DNA of 64,000 nt from an uncultured Chryseobacterium sp. (GCA_964406465.1 CAYORT010000011.1:5300-69299); one strand, 5' to 3'; positions 28,601 through 40,600 are shown, numbered from the stretch's first letter. The notes: generated by a model not told the origin, from the letters alone. Translations and numbers: made by a program.

Positions 28601-29860
28601 ATGACTGTTGAATTAACGAAAGCCTTTGCATTTAGCATAATCACCATGATTTTACTAGTGCTGGGCGAATTCTTAATTAGTAAGTTGATGAAAAAGAAGG
28701 TTTTCGAATTTTCTGATTCTTTGACTAATATGGCTTGTGGGGTTCTAGAAAGAACAATCTTTTTACTCTTTGTTGTAATTTATTACGCTTCATTTACCTA
28801 CTTCTACAATAATTATTCAATTACGCATATTCCCATTAATCCTTTCACTACTGTTTTATTGTTCATTGCTATTGATTTTCTTTGGTATTGGTATCATCGC
28901 GCCGGACACGAGATAAACATTTTATGGGCGGCTCACATCACACATCACCAAAGCGAAGAATATAATTTCACATTGTCATTTAGAGTTTCTGCCATTCAAT
29001 TGATCATAAGAATGTTCTTTTGGCTGTGGCTTCCTATCATTGGTTTCGACCCAGCCTTAACCACCCTTATTATAGGTATTAATGGTGCTTATCAATTTTT
29101 TATTCATACCCGACTAATCAACAAACTAGGTTTCTTGGAAAATATATTGGTAACTCCGTCGCACCATAGAGTTCACCACGGAAAAAATGAAAAATATATC
29201 GACAAAAATTACGGAGGAGTATTCATTATCTGGGATCGATTATTTGGCACTTTTGAGCGTGAAGTAGAAGAAGTGAAATATGGTATTACCAAACCTATGA
29301 AAAGCCATAATCCAATAACAGCATGGTTTCACTACTTTATTGATTTGTACAATGCCGCAAAACAAGAGAAGGGTTTTAAAAACAAGATGAGAATTCTTTT
29401 CGCTGGTCCGGAGACCCTGGGACCATACTACGAAAAACACAAAACTGAAATTCCGAAAGATATACGTGCAGAAAAAAACATCAAAGGATATTTGCTAACT
29501 CAATTTACCATAATAATTGTGCTATTTGCGGCAATTTACTACTACACCGATACCATGCCTGAAACTATTCAATACATTGTTATTTCTTTCTTAATATTCT
29601 CCACGCTTTCTCTAGGATTTGTTCTTGATAGACAACCTATTTCATTTGCACTGGAGTTGTTTAGAATAGTTGCTATGTCGATAGGCTTATTCGTTTCGTT
29701 TTATTTAGCGCACCTAACCACATTATATGCCTTATCACTATTACCTTCTGTAGTGTTTATTCCTTGGGTAGTTAAAAACAAAAATGCTTTTTATAGTGCC
29801 GACCAAGCTGAGCACACTACCATTAATGAAAATGCCGAGGAAGAAAGAATTTTAGCCTAA
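28601..29860 (+). CDS. Fatty acid hydroxylase / sterol desaturase superfamily membrane protein with an extra C-terminal polytopic domain
   Basis: Histidine boxes HRAGHE, HHQSEEY and HHRVHH. About 150 extra C-terminal residues with 4-5 TM helices. Confidence 0.7.
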   Translation: MTVELTKAFAFSIITMILLVLGEFLISKLMKKKVFEFSDSLTNMACGVLERTIFLLFVVIYYASFTYFYNNYSITHIPINPFTTVLLFIAIDFLWYWYHRAGHEINILWAAHITHHQSEEYNFTLSFRVSAIQLIIRMFFWLWLPIIGFDPALTTLIIGINGAYQFFIHTRLINKLGFLENILVTPSHHRVHHGKNEKYIDKNYGGVFIIWDRLFGTFEREVEEVKYGITKPMKSHNPITAWFHYFIDLYNAAKQEKGFKNKMRILFAGPETLGPYYEKHKTEIPKDIRAEKNIKGYLLTQFTIIIVLFAAIYYYTDTMPETIQYIVISFLIFSTLSLGFVLDRQPISFALELFRIVAMSIGLFVSFYLAHLTTLYALSLLPSVVFIPWVVKNKNAFYSADQAEHTTINENAEEERILA

Positions 29861-31389
29861 TCTTGAACCAATATTCTAATTTGATTCCTAAGCCTTCTAT
29901 TGTACGTTTCTAAAACCCAATTGAAATAGTTTTTAGTTGATTTAGATAAACAGGAGGTGTACAACTTAATTCTATGCTTGATACTATCTTGAAGCAAAAT
30001 CTGCATTTCTTTAGCTTCTTCAAAATCTTTGGCATTGAGCTTAATGATCTCGGCATGATTGGCAATACAGTCATCTATAATTCTGTTGGGCTTAATACCC
30101 ATACTTAAAAACTCTTCATACATCTCTACCACCGGAAACTCTAACATATCCCATGAATTGACAAAACGTGCCTTTATTTCTTCAGGCATATTGTACATCA
30201 CCTCACGCTGACGCTCTAACTCATCGAAATATTCTTGTTCTAAATACTTATCGGGATGTTTAAATACATCTTGCCAATCAATAGCTTGTTCCCACAACCC
30301 AAAACGATGAACATTATTACCTAAATCGATAATGGAGAAGTTCTTTTTGTTTGGCAACACACGCGATCCTCGTCCGATCATTTGATGATACAACGTTAAT
30401 GAACGCGTTGCCCTGTTCAACATAATTACTTCTACCGATGGTTCATCAAAACCTGTTGTTAAGATACCCACCGATGTTAAAACAGCATCTGGTGTATTTC
30501 TAAACCAATCTAATACTTCTCGTCTTTCTCTTTCACCAAAAGTACTATCTAAATGTTTTATATTTTGAATTCCTGCTTCTTTAAAGAAATCGTAAACCAA
30601 CCACGAAACTTGAATACCCGGATTAAAAATCAACACCTTCTTCCCTACCCCTCTTTCTTTGTAGGCACTTATCAACTTGAACTGCATGTCGTAACCCGAA
30701 TACAATTTTTCTGAAGAACTTACAGTATAATCACCATTGATACCCACTTTCAATGAACCTAAATTAACATCATAAGTGTATGTGGATGGTTCACACAAAT
30801 ACCCAGCTTCGATTAGTGCAGAAATAGAATCACCACAAATAAGTTCATGGTAATTGTCTTTTAAAGGCAAACTTTTATTAGAACTAAGAGGAGTTGCTGT
30901 AACACCAAGCAATACCGACTGTTTATAATACTGAAAAATCTTTCTAAATGAGTTATTGTGCGCCTCATCCACAATCACCAAACCTATATCCTTTAAAAAA
31001 TCATCGTCTTCCATCAAACGATTGTTCAATGTTTCCACCATTGCTACGAAACAACCGTACTGTTCTTGATTTTCTACTTTTTTAACATCACTATTAATGA
31101 TGAAATTCTTAACACTAATATCATTTAATCGGTTGGAAGTTTGCTCTAAAAGCTCAACGCGATGCGTTAAAATCAACACTCGTTTCTTCTTGTCTTTGAT
31201 AAAATGTTGAGTGATTTCGGCAAAAATAATGGTTTTACCGCCTCCTGTAGGAAGCTGATAGAGCAATTTAAAGTCGCTCGGACTATCATTTAACTTAGCA
31301 ACAATCTCATTTATAGCGCGCTCCTGGTAAGGATATAGCTTTCTTACTTCTTTGTTCGCTTCTACCGGAAATTCTGTGTTATCCATCAA
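29857..31389 (-). CDS. Superfamily-2 DEAH-box helicase (ResIII-like N-terminus) with an uncharacterised ~120-aa C-terminal domain
   Basis: Motif I GGGKT, motif II VDEAH, motif III TATP and motif VI QMIGRGSR. Confidence 0.7.
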   Translation of the reverse strand: MMDNTEFPVEANKEVRKLYPYQERAINEIVAKLNDSPSDFKLLYQLPTGGGKTIIFAEITQHFIKDKKKRVLILTHRVELLEQTSNRLNDISVKNFIINSDVKKVENQEQYGCFVAMVETLNNRLMEDDDFLKDIGLVIVDEAHNNSFRKIFQYYKQSVLLGVTATPLSSNKSLPLKDNYHELICGDSISALIEAGYLCEPSTYTYDVNLGSLKVGINGDYTVSSSEKLYSGYDMQFKLISAYKERGVGKKVLIFNPGIQVSWLVYDFFKEAGIQNIKHLDSTFGERERREVLDWFRNTPDAVLTSVGILTTGFDEPSVEVIMLNRATRSLTLYHQMIGRGSRVLPNKKNFSIIDLGNNVHRFGLWEQAIDWQDVFKHPDKYLEQEYFDELERQREVMYNMPEEIKARFVNSWDMLEFPVVEMYEEFLSMGIKPNRIIDDCIANHAEIIKLNAKDFEEAKEMQILLQDSIKHRIKLYTSCLSKSTKNYFNWVLETYNRRLRNQIRILVQD

Positions 31390-31552
31390 ATACTATTAAT
31401 CCGCAAAAGTACAATGTTAATCACGGTATTCCCAAATATTATTAAATTTAATTTTCAGAAAAAATTTAATGATATAATAGTGGAAATTTTAGTCAATAAA
31501 ATTTAAACTTTATATATTAGAACCCCAATTAAAAAAATAAACTGTTAACTGC

Positions 31553-33463
31553 ATGGCTACAAGAATTAGAACTTTCGAAGATTACCAAAGAGAATACAAA
31601 AAAAGTGTTGATCAACCTGAAGCTTTTTGGGCTGAGCAAGCTGAATCTTTTGTTTGGAAAAAGAAATGGGACAAAGTGCTCAATTGGAATTTCAAAGAGC
31701 CAAAAGTAGAATGGTTCGTGAATGGTAAATTAAACATTACTGAAAATGCTTTAGACCGCCATCTAGCAACCCGCGCTAATCAAGTAGCAATTCTGTGGGA
31801 ACCTAATGAACCAAGTGAGGCTGCAGTTAAAATCACTTATAAAGAATTACACGAAAAAGTTTGTCAATTTGCCAATGTGTTGAAAGCACATGGAGTTAAA
31901 AAAGGAGATAGAGTTTGCTTATATATGCCAATGGTTCCTGAGTTGGCCATTGCCTGCTTGGCTTCTGCTCGTTTAGGTGCTATCCATTCTGTTGTATTTG
32001 CTGGTTTCTCTGCAAATGCCTTAGCTGATAGAATCAACGACGCTAAAGCAACAGTGGTTGTAACTTCTGATGGAAACCCTCGTGGCGCTAAAGCAATTGC
32101 TGTTAAAGCGGTTGTTGATGAAGCGCTAAAAACTTGTCCAATCGTGACTTCTCAAATCGTTTTCAAAAGAACAAATACTCCAGTAGAAATGGTTAGCGGA
32201 CGAGATTTCTGGTGGCATGAAGAAATGGCAAAGCAAGGCACTTCTTGTGAAGCTGTTGAGGTGGATTCTGAAGATCCTTTATTTATCCTTTATACTTCTG
32301 GTTCAACCGGTCAACCAAAAGGTGTTGTGCACACCACTGGTGGTTACATGGTGTACACCGATTATACATTTAGAAATGCTTTCCAATATGAAGAAGGTGA
32401 AATTTACTGGTGTACAGCAGATATAGGTTGGATTACCGGACACTCATACATTGTTTACGGACCATTACTAGCGGGTGCCACTTCAATTATGTTTGAAGGT
32501 GTACCTACCTACCCAGATGCAGGCCGTTTCTGGGAAGTTTGTCAGAAACACAAAGTGAACATTTTCTACACTGCGCCTACTGCAATTCGTGCTTTGATGG
32601 CGTTTGGTGATGATGTTCCTAAAAAATACGATTTAAGTTCATTGAGAGCTTTAGGTTCTGTAGGTGAGCCAATCAACTTAGAAGCTTGGGAATGGTATTT
32701 CAAAAATGTAGGAAATGAAAAATGTCCGATTGTGGATACCTACTGGCAAACAGAAACTGGCGGATTCATGATTGCGCCAATGGCTGGTGTTACCAAAGAA
32801 AAAGCAACATATGCTACTTTACCAATGCCTGGTATTCAGCCAATTTTAGTTGATGCCGAAGGCAAAGAAATCGTTGGAAATGATGTTGAAGGTAACTTAT
32901 GTATCAAATTTCCATGGCCTTCAATCATTCGCACCACTTACGGTGATCATGAAAGATGCAGAACAACTTATTTCTCTACTTACGAAGATAAATACTTCAC
33001 GGGTGACGGCTGTAAGAGAGATGAAAATGGATATTATAGAATTACTGGTCGTGTAGACGACGTTATCAACGTAAGCGGCCACCGTATGGGTACTGCAGAG
33101 GTTGAAAACGCATTGAACGAACACCCTAAAGTAATTGAATCTGCAGTGGTTGGTTATCCTCATGAAATTAAAGGTCAAGGTATCTACGCATATGTGATTT
33201 GCGAAGAGAAAATCGACAATGAAGATGCCTTCCGCAAAGAAGTATTAGATATCGTGACTAAGATTATTGGTCCGATTGCAAAACCAGATAAAATTCAAAT
33301 TGTACCAGGCTTGCCTAAAACGCGTTCTGGAAAAATTATGAGAAGAATCCTTAGAAAGGTTGCCGAAGGTGATGTTTCTAACTTGGGAGACACTTCAACT
33401 TTACTTGATCCATCAGTTGTTGACAGCATCATCAAAGGCGCTTTGGTGCCAGTAAAAGCTTAG
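31553..33463 (+). CDS. acs: Acetyl-coenzyme A synthetase (AMP-forming)
   Basis: 636 aa with the AMP-binding motif YTSGSTGQPKGV and the Acs-specific N- and C-termini. Confidence 0.93.
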   Translation: MATRIRTFEDYQREYKKSVDQPEAFWAEQAESFVWKKKWDKVLNWNFKEPKVEWFVNGKLNITENALDRHLATRANQVAILWEPNEPSEAAVKITYKELHEKVCQFANVLKAHGVKKGDRVCLYMPMVPELAIACLASARLGAIHSVVFAGFSANALADRINDAKATVVVTSDGNPRGAKAIAVKAVVDEALKTCPIVTSQIVFKRTNTPVEMVSGRDFWWHEEMAKQGTSCEAVEVDSEDPLFILYTSGSTGQPKGVVHTTGGYMVYTDYTFRNAFQYEEGEIYWCTADIGWITGHSYIVYGPLLAGATSIMFEGVPTYPDAGRFWEVCQKHKVNIFYTAPTAIRALMAFGDDVPKKYDLSSLRALGSVGEPINLEAWEWYFKNVGNEKCPIVDTYWQTETGGFMIAPMAGVTKEKATYATLPMPGIQPILVDAEGKEIVGNDVEGNLCIKFPWPSIIRTTYGDHERCRTTYFSTYEDKYFTGDGCKRDENGYYRITGRVDDVINVSGHRMGTAEVENALNEHPKVIESAVVGYPHEIKGQGIYAYVICEEKIDNEDAFRKEVLDIVTKIIGPIAKPDKIQIVPGLPKTRSGKIMRRILRKVAEGDVSNLGDTSTLLDPSVVDSIIKGALVPVKA

Positions 33464-33483
33464 TCGATTAACACAATAAAAAA

Positions 33484-33520
33484 ATCCCCGTTAGCACACT
33501 AACGGGGATTTTTATTTTTA
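33484..33520. terminator. Bidirectional rho-independent terminator between acs (+) and the J-domain gene (-)
   Basis: Perfect 11-bp stem atccccgttag/ctaacggggat with a 4-nt loop. An A-run lies upstream and T-runs downstream. Confidence 0.8.
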
Positions 33521-33531
33521 TTCAAATGCAA

Positions 33532-33996
33532 TTAAACAGCGTTCGCACTTCTCACATTTCGATATAAAAATGATGTGAAAATATGTCGGCGTGCATAACG
33601 CGGTTGCGAATCAGAATTCACCAATCTGGTAAAGATCAATTTAGGCACTCCAAAGTACTCGTATGAACTTCCATCTGTAAATTCAACAGTAAGTATTTGT
33701 TTGGCGTATTTAAAATCTTGTATTCCGCAAGTAGTAATAGTTTGAGTATACACTTCTTTGGTTTGCTCGATGGTTTCGGGAGCAATACTTACTAAGAAAT
33801 GATAGGCTTCAATATACAATTTACTTCTTTGTTCGGCTTGTTCTTTTAGCACCTCATCGTCGTGAAACTTATCGGGGTGCCAGTTTTTCATCGCTGTTCG
33901 ATAAACAGATTTAAGCTCATTTAAATCGGTGTCTTTTGTTACACCAAATAGCTGACGGTATTCTTCGATTTTCTTCATAAGAGCGCGAAGATACAC
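33532..33996 (-). CDS. J-domain (DnaJ-like, HPD motif) protein fused to a C-terminal KTSC domain
   Basis: NWHPDKF HPD tripeptide in an N-terminal helical J-like domain. The C-terminus (ILTVEFTDGSSYEYFGVPKLIFTRL...RYARRHI) is KTSC-like. Confidence 0.5.
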   Translation of the reverse strand: MYLRALMKKIEEYRQLFGVTKDTDLNELKSVYRTAMKNWHPDKFHDDEVLKEQAEQRSKLYIEAYHFLVSIAPETIEQTKEVYTQTITTCGIQDFKYAKQILTVEFTDGSSYEYFGVPKLIFTRLVNSDSQPRYARRHIFTSFLYRNVRSANAV

Positions 33997-34015
33997 TTTT
34001 ATTGTTATCGTGATG

Positions 34016-34306
34016 TTATTCTATTTTGGCACTCAGCCCCTTATCAAGAAGGGCTGTACACATTGGTTCAAGCGTTTCGTAATCGGCTCTTTTCACCGAA
34101 CATTTGCCTTTGTAGTGAATCAACATGGTACATTGTTCGGCTTGAATTTCTTCGTGCTCACAAATTTCGATCAAACATCTAATCACATGATCAAAGGTAT
34201 TCACATCATCGTTGTAAATGATTAAATCTAGAATTGGCGCTTCTTCTACCAATACATCTAAATCAAGCTGCTCTTGTGTTTGTATTTCAAAACGAATTGA
34301 ATTCAT
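34016..34306 (-). CDS. clpS: ATP-dependent Clp protease adaptor ClpS
   Basis: 96 aa with the ClpS core (VIIYNDDVNTFDHVIRCL...). No clpA is adjacent. Confidence 0.85.
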   Translation of the reverse strand: MNSIRFEIQTQEQLDLDVLVEEAPILDLIIYNDDVNTFDHVIRCLIEICEHEEIQAEQCTMLIHYKGKCSVKRADYETLEPMCTALLDKGLSAKIE

Positions 34307-34336
34307 TGAAGCAAAAATAGGGAAAGAAAAAATATC

Positions 34337-34373
34337 AAAAAAAACATTGCCCCGAATTAGATTCGAGGCAATG
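34337..34373 (-). terminator. Intrinsic-terminator-like hairpin plus U8 on the minus strand, ending only ~30 nt upstream of the clpS start codon
   Basis: Nested palindrome cattgcc-ccgaat-tag-attcg-ag-gcaatg at 34345-34373, with A8 at 34337-34344 on the plus strand, which is U8 after the stem on the minus strand. Confidence 0.5.
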
Positions 34374-34602
34374 CAACTTCATTTTACATTTTATGTTAAC
34401 TCCCAATCATGACAAGAATTAACACCAATGAGAACAAAGCGTAAATAAAAGGTTCTAGACGCATAGTTGTTGTTTTAGGTTAAGTCTAGGAAACACTTAA
34501 TTGTTATAATGGTGAGTTATAACAACGTCAAGATAGGACGAATTGATATCGCAACCAAAATATTTTTATTAAGATTATTACTTTTTGATTGTGAATAAGA
34601 TG

Positions 34603-37600
34603 CTACTTCTTAAGCAGTTCTAAGGCCTTCTCAACAGATATTTTTTCTTTCCCTTGATATGCCACCAAGAAAGCATCTTTTAAACCTGCGGCAATCACCT
34701 GATCTTTTAGCTTGCGCGCATCTTCTACGTTCGTAAAGTTACCTACGTTGAAAATCGTAATTCCATTTACATCTTTATAATATTCTACTTTAGAAGGAAG
34801 ATTAAAGAATAAAGTTGTTGTCTCTACTGGCACTTCTTTAGCGAAAGCTCCCACTTGAACTTTAAATACTATCCCTCCCGCATTTGCTGCATTATTTGCA
34901 GTTGTTGTATTGGCTGTGCTAGTGGCATTATTGGTTGCTGCAATAGTAGCAGTATTTGCTTGCGCATCAGCAACGGCAATCCTTTGTCCGTTCTTATAAG
35001 CTGTTACAAATGCATCACCAATTCCAGCTGCATTAATTTCTGCTTTTCGTTTATTTGCAGCCTCAATATTATCGTATTTACCTACAGAATACCTTAGTAA
35101 CCCATTGGCTGTTCTCTCTACATTGAGTGGCTGCATATCGTAAATACTACCCTTTTTAATTTCTTTACTAAACACCCCAATTTGAACGGTGTAAAACACT
35201 TTATCAGATGAGGTTACTTCTGAACTTTCTGCCCTATTTGCATTAGCTTCTACCGCGTTAACAACATTATTTACAGGATTTTTAACCTCCACTTTGTTCA
35301 TTGCTTCTACCTCTCTTGCTTCAATCACTTGCAATGCATTTTGTTGTTTTATATCGGCTTTTGCTGTGACTTGATCGGCCTGATCCATAGATATTCTCTT
35401 ACCATTATAGTAAGGAACAACAAAAGCATCGGGATAGCCCATCTGACGAATTTTGTCTTTAGCTATCGTAGCAGCTTTAAATGAACGGAAAGTACCTGCC
35501 GTATAGCGTATAAAGCCCATTGGCGTTTTCTCTCCATACAGAGGAGAAATACCTTTAAATAAATCTTGAGGAATCGGATTTCTAAAAGCACCTACTTGCA
35601 CTGTGTAAATTAAACCATCAGGAAGCGGCGCATCAACCGGAATTGGCTGTGCTGCAGAATAAACTACATCTGATTTTATTTCAAACTGATCTTTAACCAC
35701 TGCCCCTTGAACATCATTCGCTTTTTCACCAAAAAGAGGCGAGTTGTTAACGTCAATTTTTGTAACTGCTACATTATTATTTTTAGGCTGATCGCCAGGT
35801 TGTTTGGCGGTAGTTGCTGCAGTACTTGTAGCAGCAACATCTTTATCGGTTTTCTCTTTGTAATTAACAAAAACATCTGTTTGGGCATTCTTATCGCTTG
35901 CTTTATTTTGCACTTCATTTGCCACCTGAGGATTTAAACTTTGTAAGTAAATTTTAGCTTCTTCTCTTTTCGCTTTAGCTTCCAACCTTGAATTATCAAT
36001 CAGCTGAGCCGACTGCAACGCTTGTTCTTCCTTTTGATTGGCAAGTTTTCTCAATCTTTCGGCTTCATCTACTTTACCATTTGCAAGAGCCTGCTCTGAT
36101 TGCACTTGATAATTTTTAGCTTCCTTCTTCAACTGAGCATATTTTTCAATTTCACTTGAAATCTCTTTTTCCATGTCTTGTGCTTCCTTCAACATGGTGT
36201 TGTATTCTTTGGTAGCTTCGGGTGCCTTTTTGTTAGCATTTACCGCAACTGCATTGGTTGAATTGGTAGTACTTTTAGCTGTATCCACTTTTGCGACTTC
36301 AGTAACTACGGGCTTATTCTCCTTAATAGCTAATATTTGTTGCTGTTTAACTATCGCTTGTTTTTTCAATTCGTCGGCATGATTTAGAGTTGCCGTAGCA
36401 ATAGTTAAATCTTTGCTCGAGGCAGCTTCAATCTCCTTTTCTTTTGATTGTGCTATTAAGGCATTAACCTCTTTTTGAAGCTTAATAACTTCATCTTTTT
36501 GCTGAGCTGTTAAGTTGTTATTTTGAACAACGTTGATTCTATTTTGATTTTGGTCTAATGCAATCTGGTTGTTTCTAACATCATCTTTAATCTCCACGTT
36601 CTTCGCCTTTAAAGAATCGGCCGGAGTCATCTTCGCTACCTTAGGAGCATCGTCGGTTTTTCCTTCGAGAACTTTTCTTTGCATATCCAAAGCGGCTGTT
36701 TCAACTGAATTTGCCTGATTATTCAAATCTGTTTGTCCGGCAAAAGACTTTGTCTTTTTTGCCTTTAATCTTAGCTCCTCTGCTTTCTTGAATTGCTCAT
36801 CAGCAGTTTGTAATTCTTTGCTTTGTTTATCGGTAAGAACTATTTCTTTCTTTGCAACAGCATCTTGAATTTTTGTTTTATTAGCTTCACTTTCGGTTTT
36901 ATTCAACTCTGCTCTCTTCGCCATTGCTTGCTTCATCTTGGCTCTTCCCAACTTAATTTTTTTAACCGATTCCTTGTTTAATTTTTTTGCTTGAGATTTC
37001 TTTTCACTCGCTGCGGCTTGTTGCTTGAGTGCCTGTGCTTCTTCATAATTTTTAGCAGCATCTTCTTCTAAAGTGTTCACCGCAGATAATGCCGTTTGAA
37101 CTTGTTCATCTTTGCTGTACACATGATCTGTAGGAGTTACCCCAAAAGCTTCATTTACTTTACTTGCTGTTGGTTTATCTTTAAAAGCGACCTCTTTAGT
37201 AGCTGTATCTGATTTAACCGTTCTGCTCTGATTGTCGACTACTACTGGGCTTTGCGAAATTCCCTTGAGAATCTCCTGCTGCTTAGCAATAACTTCACTT
37301 TCCTTTTGATTTGCTTCATTAATTATTATAACTTTCTCTTTAAAATCTTTTGCTGTTTTTATCTTTTCACGCACCACTAATGCCTTTAACCAATTGTTTT
37401 CTATCTCGGTAAGCTTGGCCGCATCGACTTTTAATTTCCCTTCGCCAATTGCCTTATTAATGCTTGCTTGATTTAAATCGTATTGAGCACGATTGGCCAA
37501 GAAGTAATTATCGGCGGCAACCAGCTCTTTTTCTTGAGCTTGTTTTTCAAGATCTGCTATCTCTTTGTTCAGTTTCTTTTTTTCTTCTAAGTTCGTTGAA

Positions 37601-40600
37601 GCCGCTTCTAATTCCCTCTTTTGTTCGGCTTGAGACATTAAATTTAAGGCCTGATTTTCGGCTACTTTAGCATTATTGGTATGGCTTTTAACCGAAGCAT
37701 CTTCGCTCACTGCAACTGCGCCTTGCGGCTTTATTCCAAATGAGCTGAAAGCTGCTGCTGACAACTCTTCTTTACCTGCATTTTCTGCCTTAAAATTAGG
37801 CGGAAAAATATCTTTGGCTTTTACCGTATCCTTCTTTACTGTTTGCGCATTATTTGTGTTTGCAGCAGCAACCGCATTTTGTGTAGCTTGACTGGTATTA
37901 TTTGCTGTTGCTGTTGCATTAGAACCATTGCTTGTTTGATTATTGTTACTGCTAGTTGTATTGGTTTGGGCGCTAGCATTTGCAGCTGGGTTAGATGCAG
38001 CTGTAGATTGATTGGTATTCGATACTGATTGACTTGCGTTTGCAGCCGCTAGGTTTGTATTGTTTGCAGCTTGATTGCTATTAGGCAGAGCTTGCGTGTA
38101 AGATTGCACCGAAGCAATTCTTTTTTCATCAACTTTATTGGGTGCTGCTGCTATTTGCTGTGGAGTAAGTTTAGACTCTTCCTTAATCTTGTTAGCATTT
38201 GCCAAATAATTTAGTATCTCCTTATTTTTCTTTTCTTCCTCAACTTTCAATTCATCAATTCTTTTTTGAGCTTGTGCCTTTGCATTTTCCGATTTAGCCG
38301 ACTTCAACGCGCCTTCCATTATCACCTGCTCTTGCTTATTCGAATTCACCAAATCGAGAGTCATGGCTGCCTTCTGCATCTCATCATTGTACTTCTCTGC
38401 GGGAGTGCTTTTCTTGCCAACGGTATCTAATTTAGCCAAAGTTGCACTTACATCCTCTTTCGTATTAGGCACAGATTTGGTGCTGTTAGATGTAGCGTTA
38501 CTGCTATTATTTGAAGCAGTAGTAGCTGATGCTGTTTGTGCCTTATTCGCTGCTGCCTGCTTTTTTCTTTCTGCTTCTAAAACAGCTACATCTTGCTGTT
38601 TAACTTCGTTTACTTTTTGCTGTAAATCTGCAACCACTTGTGTTTCTGTTGACTCAGGTGTTTCCGACTTAATAGCTGCCAACTGAGCTTCGGCTATCAT
38701 TCTATCTGACTGACGAGCGGCCAACTCCTCCTTTGTTTCATTGAGTTGCAGAGTTAGCTCATCTTTAATTTGCTGATTTTTCGTTGCATCAATCTGCTTT
38801 TTCAAATTCTTTTGATCGGCCTCTATCGTTTTAATGGCTTGATCTATTTTTTGAATTTCTACTTCAGTACTTTTGATTTCTTGTTCCTTATTCGACTTAG
38901 TAGCAGCAAGCGATTGCTCCATGCTCACCTCCCCACTTTGCGAATTTCGTTCTTGAATTTCTTCGAGTTTTTTTCGCTGTTCTTCCAACTTCACAATTGC
39001 CTTATCTGAATTCTTGGTTTCAACCGCTTCCTTAATCACATCAGCATACTGTTTCGCCGCAGCTGCTTCTTCCTGCTTGTTTTGCATTTCGAGTTTCTTC
39101 TGCTCGGCATAATGCTCGGTGATACTCGCCTCCTTGGCTTTTCTGCGCAACTCTTTAACCTTATTGTCTATATCGGCCTGTATCTTCTTCTTTTCCTCCG
39201 CATTGCTGGTTTGATTCATTTGTCGGGTTAAATCAACAATTTCTTGCTTGGCTTCATTGGCTTCATCATTCTTTACCCTATAAACATAGTCTGCAGCCTC
39301 TGCTTCTTCTTTTAATTTATTGTATTCCTTTTCTAAATCAAGTGCGTCATCATAAGCTTCGCTAACCATTGAGGTACTGGTAACTTCTTTTTTGTCTTCT
39401 TTTACAGTATTGGCCGAGTTTGCCGCATTGGTATTGGATGTAGTGCTTGAGTTAGAAGTCGCGCTACTATTATTGGCTGATGTCTCTGTTTTCTTCACCA
39501 CCGGTAGCGTATTGAAACCTACATCCTTATTTGTGTTCACATCCAAAGAAGCACCCTTTCTATAAATTTCATTAAATGCAACTTCATCAACCATCGACTG
39601 CATAACATTGGTAAGGGCCATCGTCTCAGTAGGAGATTTTTTAAGTTGAATTTTTTGATTAACGATTGGCGCTACTTTCTTAGCCGGCAATACCACAATC
39701 TCCTCATGCGCAGCATAACCGTTTGCCTGCACACTAAATTTGTATTTTGAGTTTGAAGCTAAAGTCATGGTGTAAGTACCCGACTTTTCATTCGACTTAA
39801 ACACCCCCACCAACTCACCATTTTCTGAATTGGTGACAGTAATAGTGGCATTTCTTTGTTTGTTACCTTCAACTAAAATCTCGCCTTTTATGATGGTATT
39901 TTCTACTCTGTCTTTAGCAGGTAGTATTTTATAAACCGTTATTTCACCTTTTGCACTTGCTCGCGATGAAGAAAAATAAGCCACATTTTCCCCCATATCT
40001 GTAACATACAAAATATCATCATCTGGCGAATTTACTGCAAACCCCATATTTACCGCTGGTCCCCAAAGCATAGTATTGGTATCTAATTCACAGCGAAAAA
40101 TATCATAACCACCTAAACTATTATGACCTTTGGAAGCAAAATACAAAACCCTTCCATTGGGATGTAAATAAGGATAATCCTCATCAAATGGCGTATTTAT
40201 GGCTGGCCCAACATTGAGTGGAGCACTTTTGGTGTTATCTGCAAATAACACCACTTTATAAATATCCTTACCTGCTTCACCTTTCTCTCCATAACTTGAA
40301 AAATAAACTTCTTTAACACGCGGACTATGAACTATATAGGTTGTTTCATTTAATTTCTTGTCGAGTTTAGTTTTAAACTCATCCGACTTAACAATCACTT
40401 TTCTGTCTATGGCAGCTAAATCGTAGGCGTAATAGAAATCGGCTCGCGAAACTTCTTTCTTACTTAATACATGAATTGACTGAATATCTTGAATAACCGA
40501 TTTACCTTCCTCACATTGTTTGATAAGCTGACTAACATCGTACTCCTTAAGCAATTTAACTGGAGCTCTCGACTTAAATGAATTGTAAGCCTCAATGGCA

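Noticed and set aside
34010-34412. Plus-strand ORFs 34010-34225 and 34218-34412
   Set aside because: They overlap clpS antisense, or the terminator and spacer. No coding signal is present.
34855-39009. Series of plus-strand ORFs (34855-35097, 35707-35937, 36173-36382, 37464-38028, 38363-38686, 38770-39009) encoding Cys/Ser-rich peptides
   Set aside because: All lie antisense inside the 2124-aa gene's low-complexity coiled-coil region. Antisense frames of GCN/AAR-rich repeats produce Cys/Ser-rich frames by artefact, with no signal peptides or conserved motifs.
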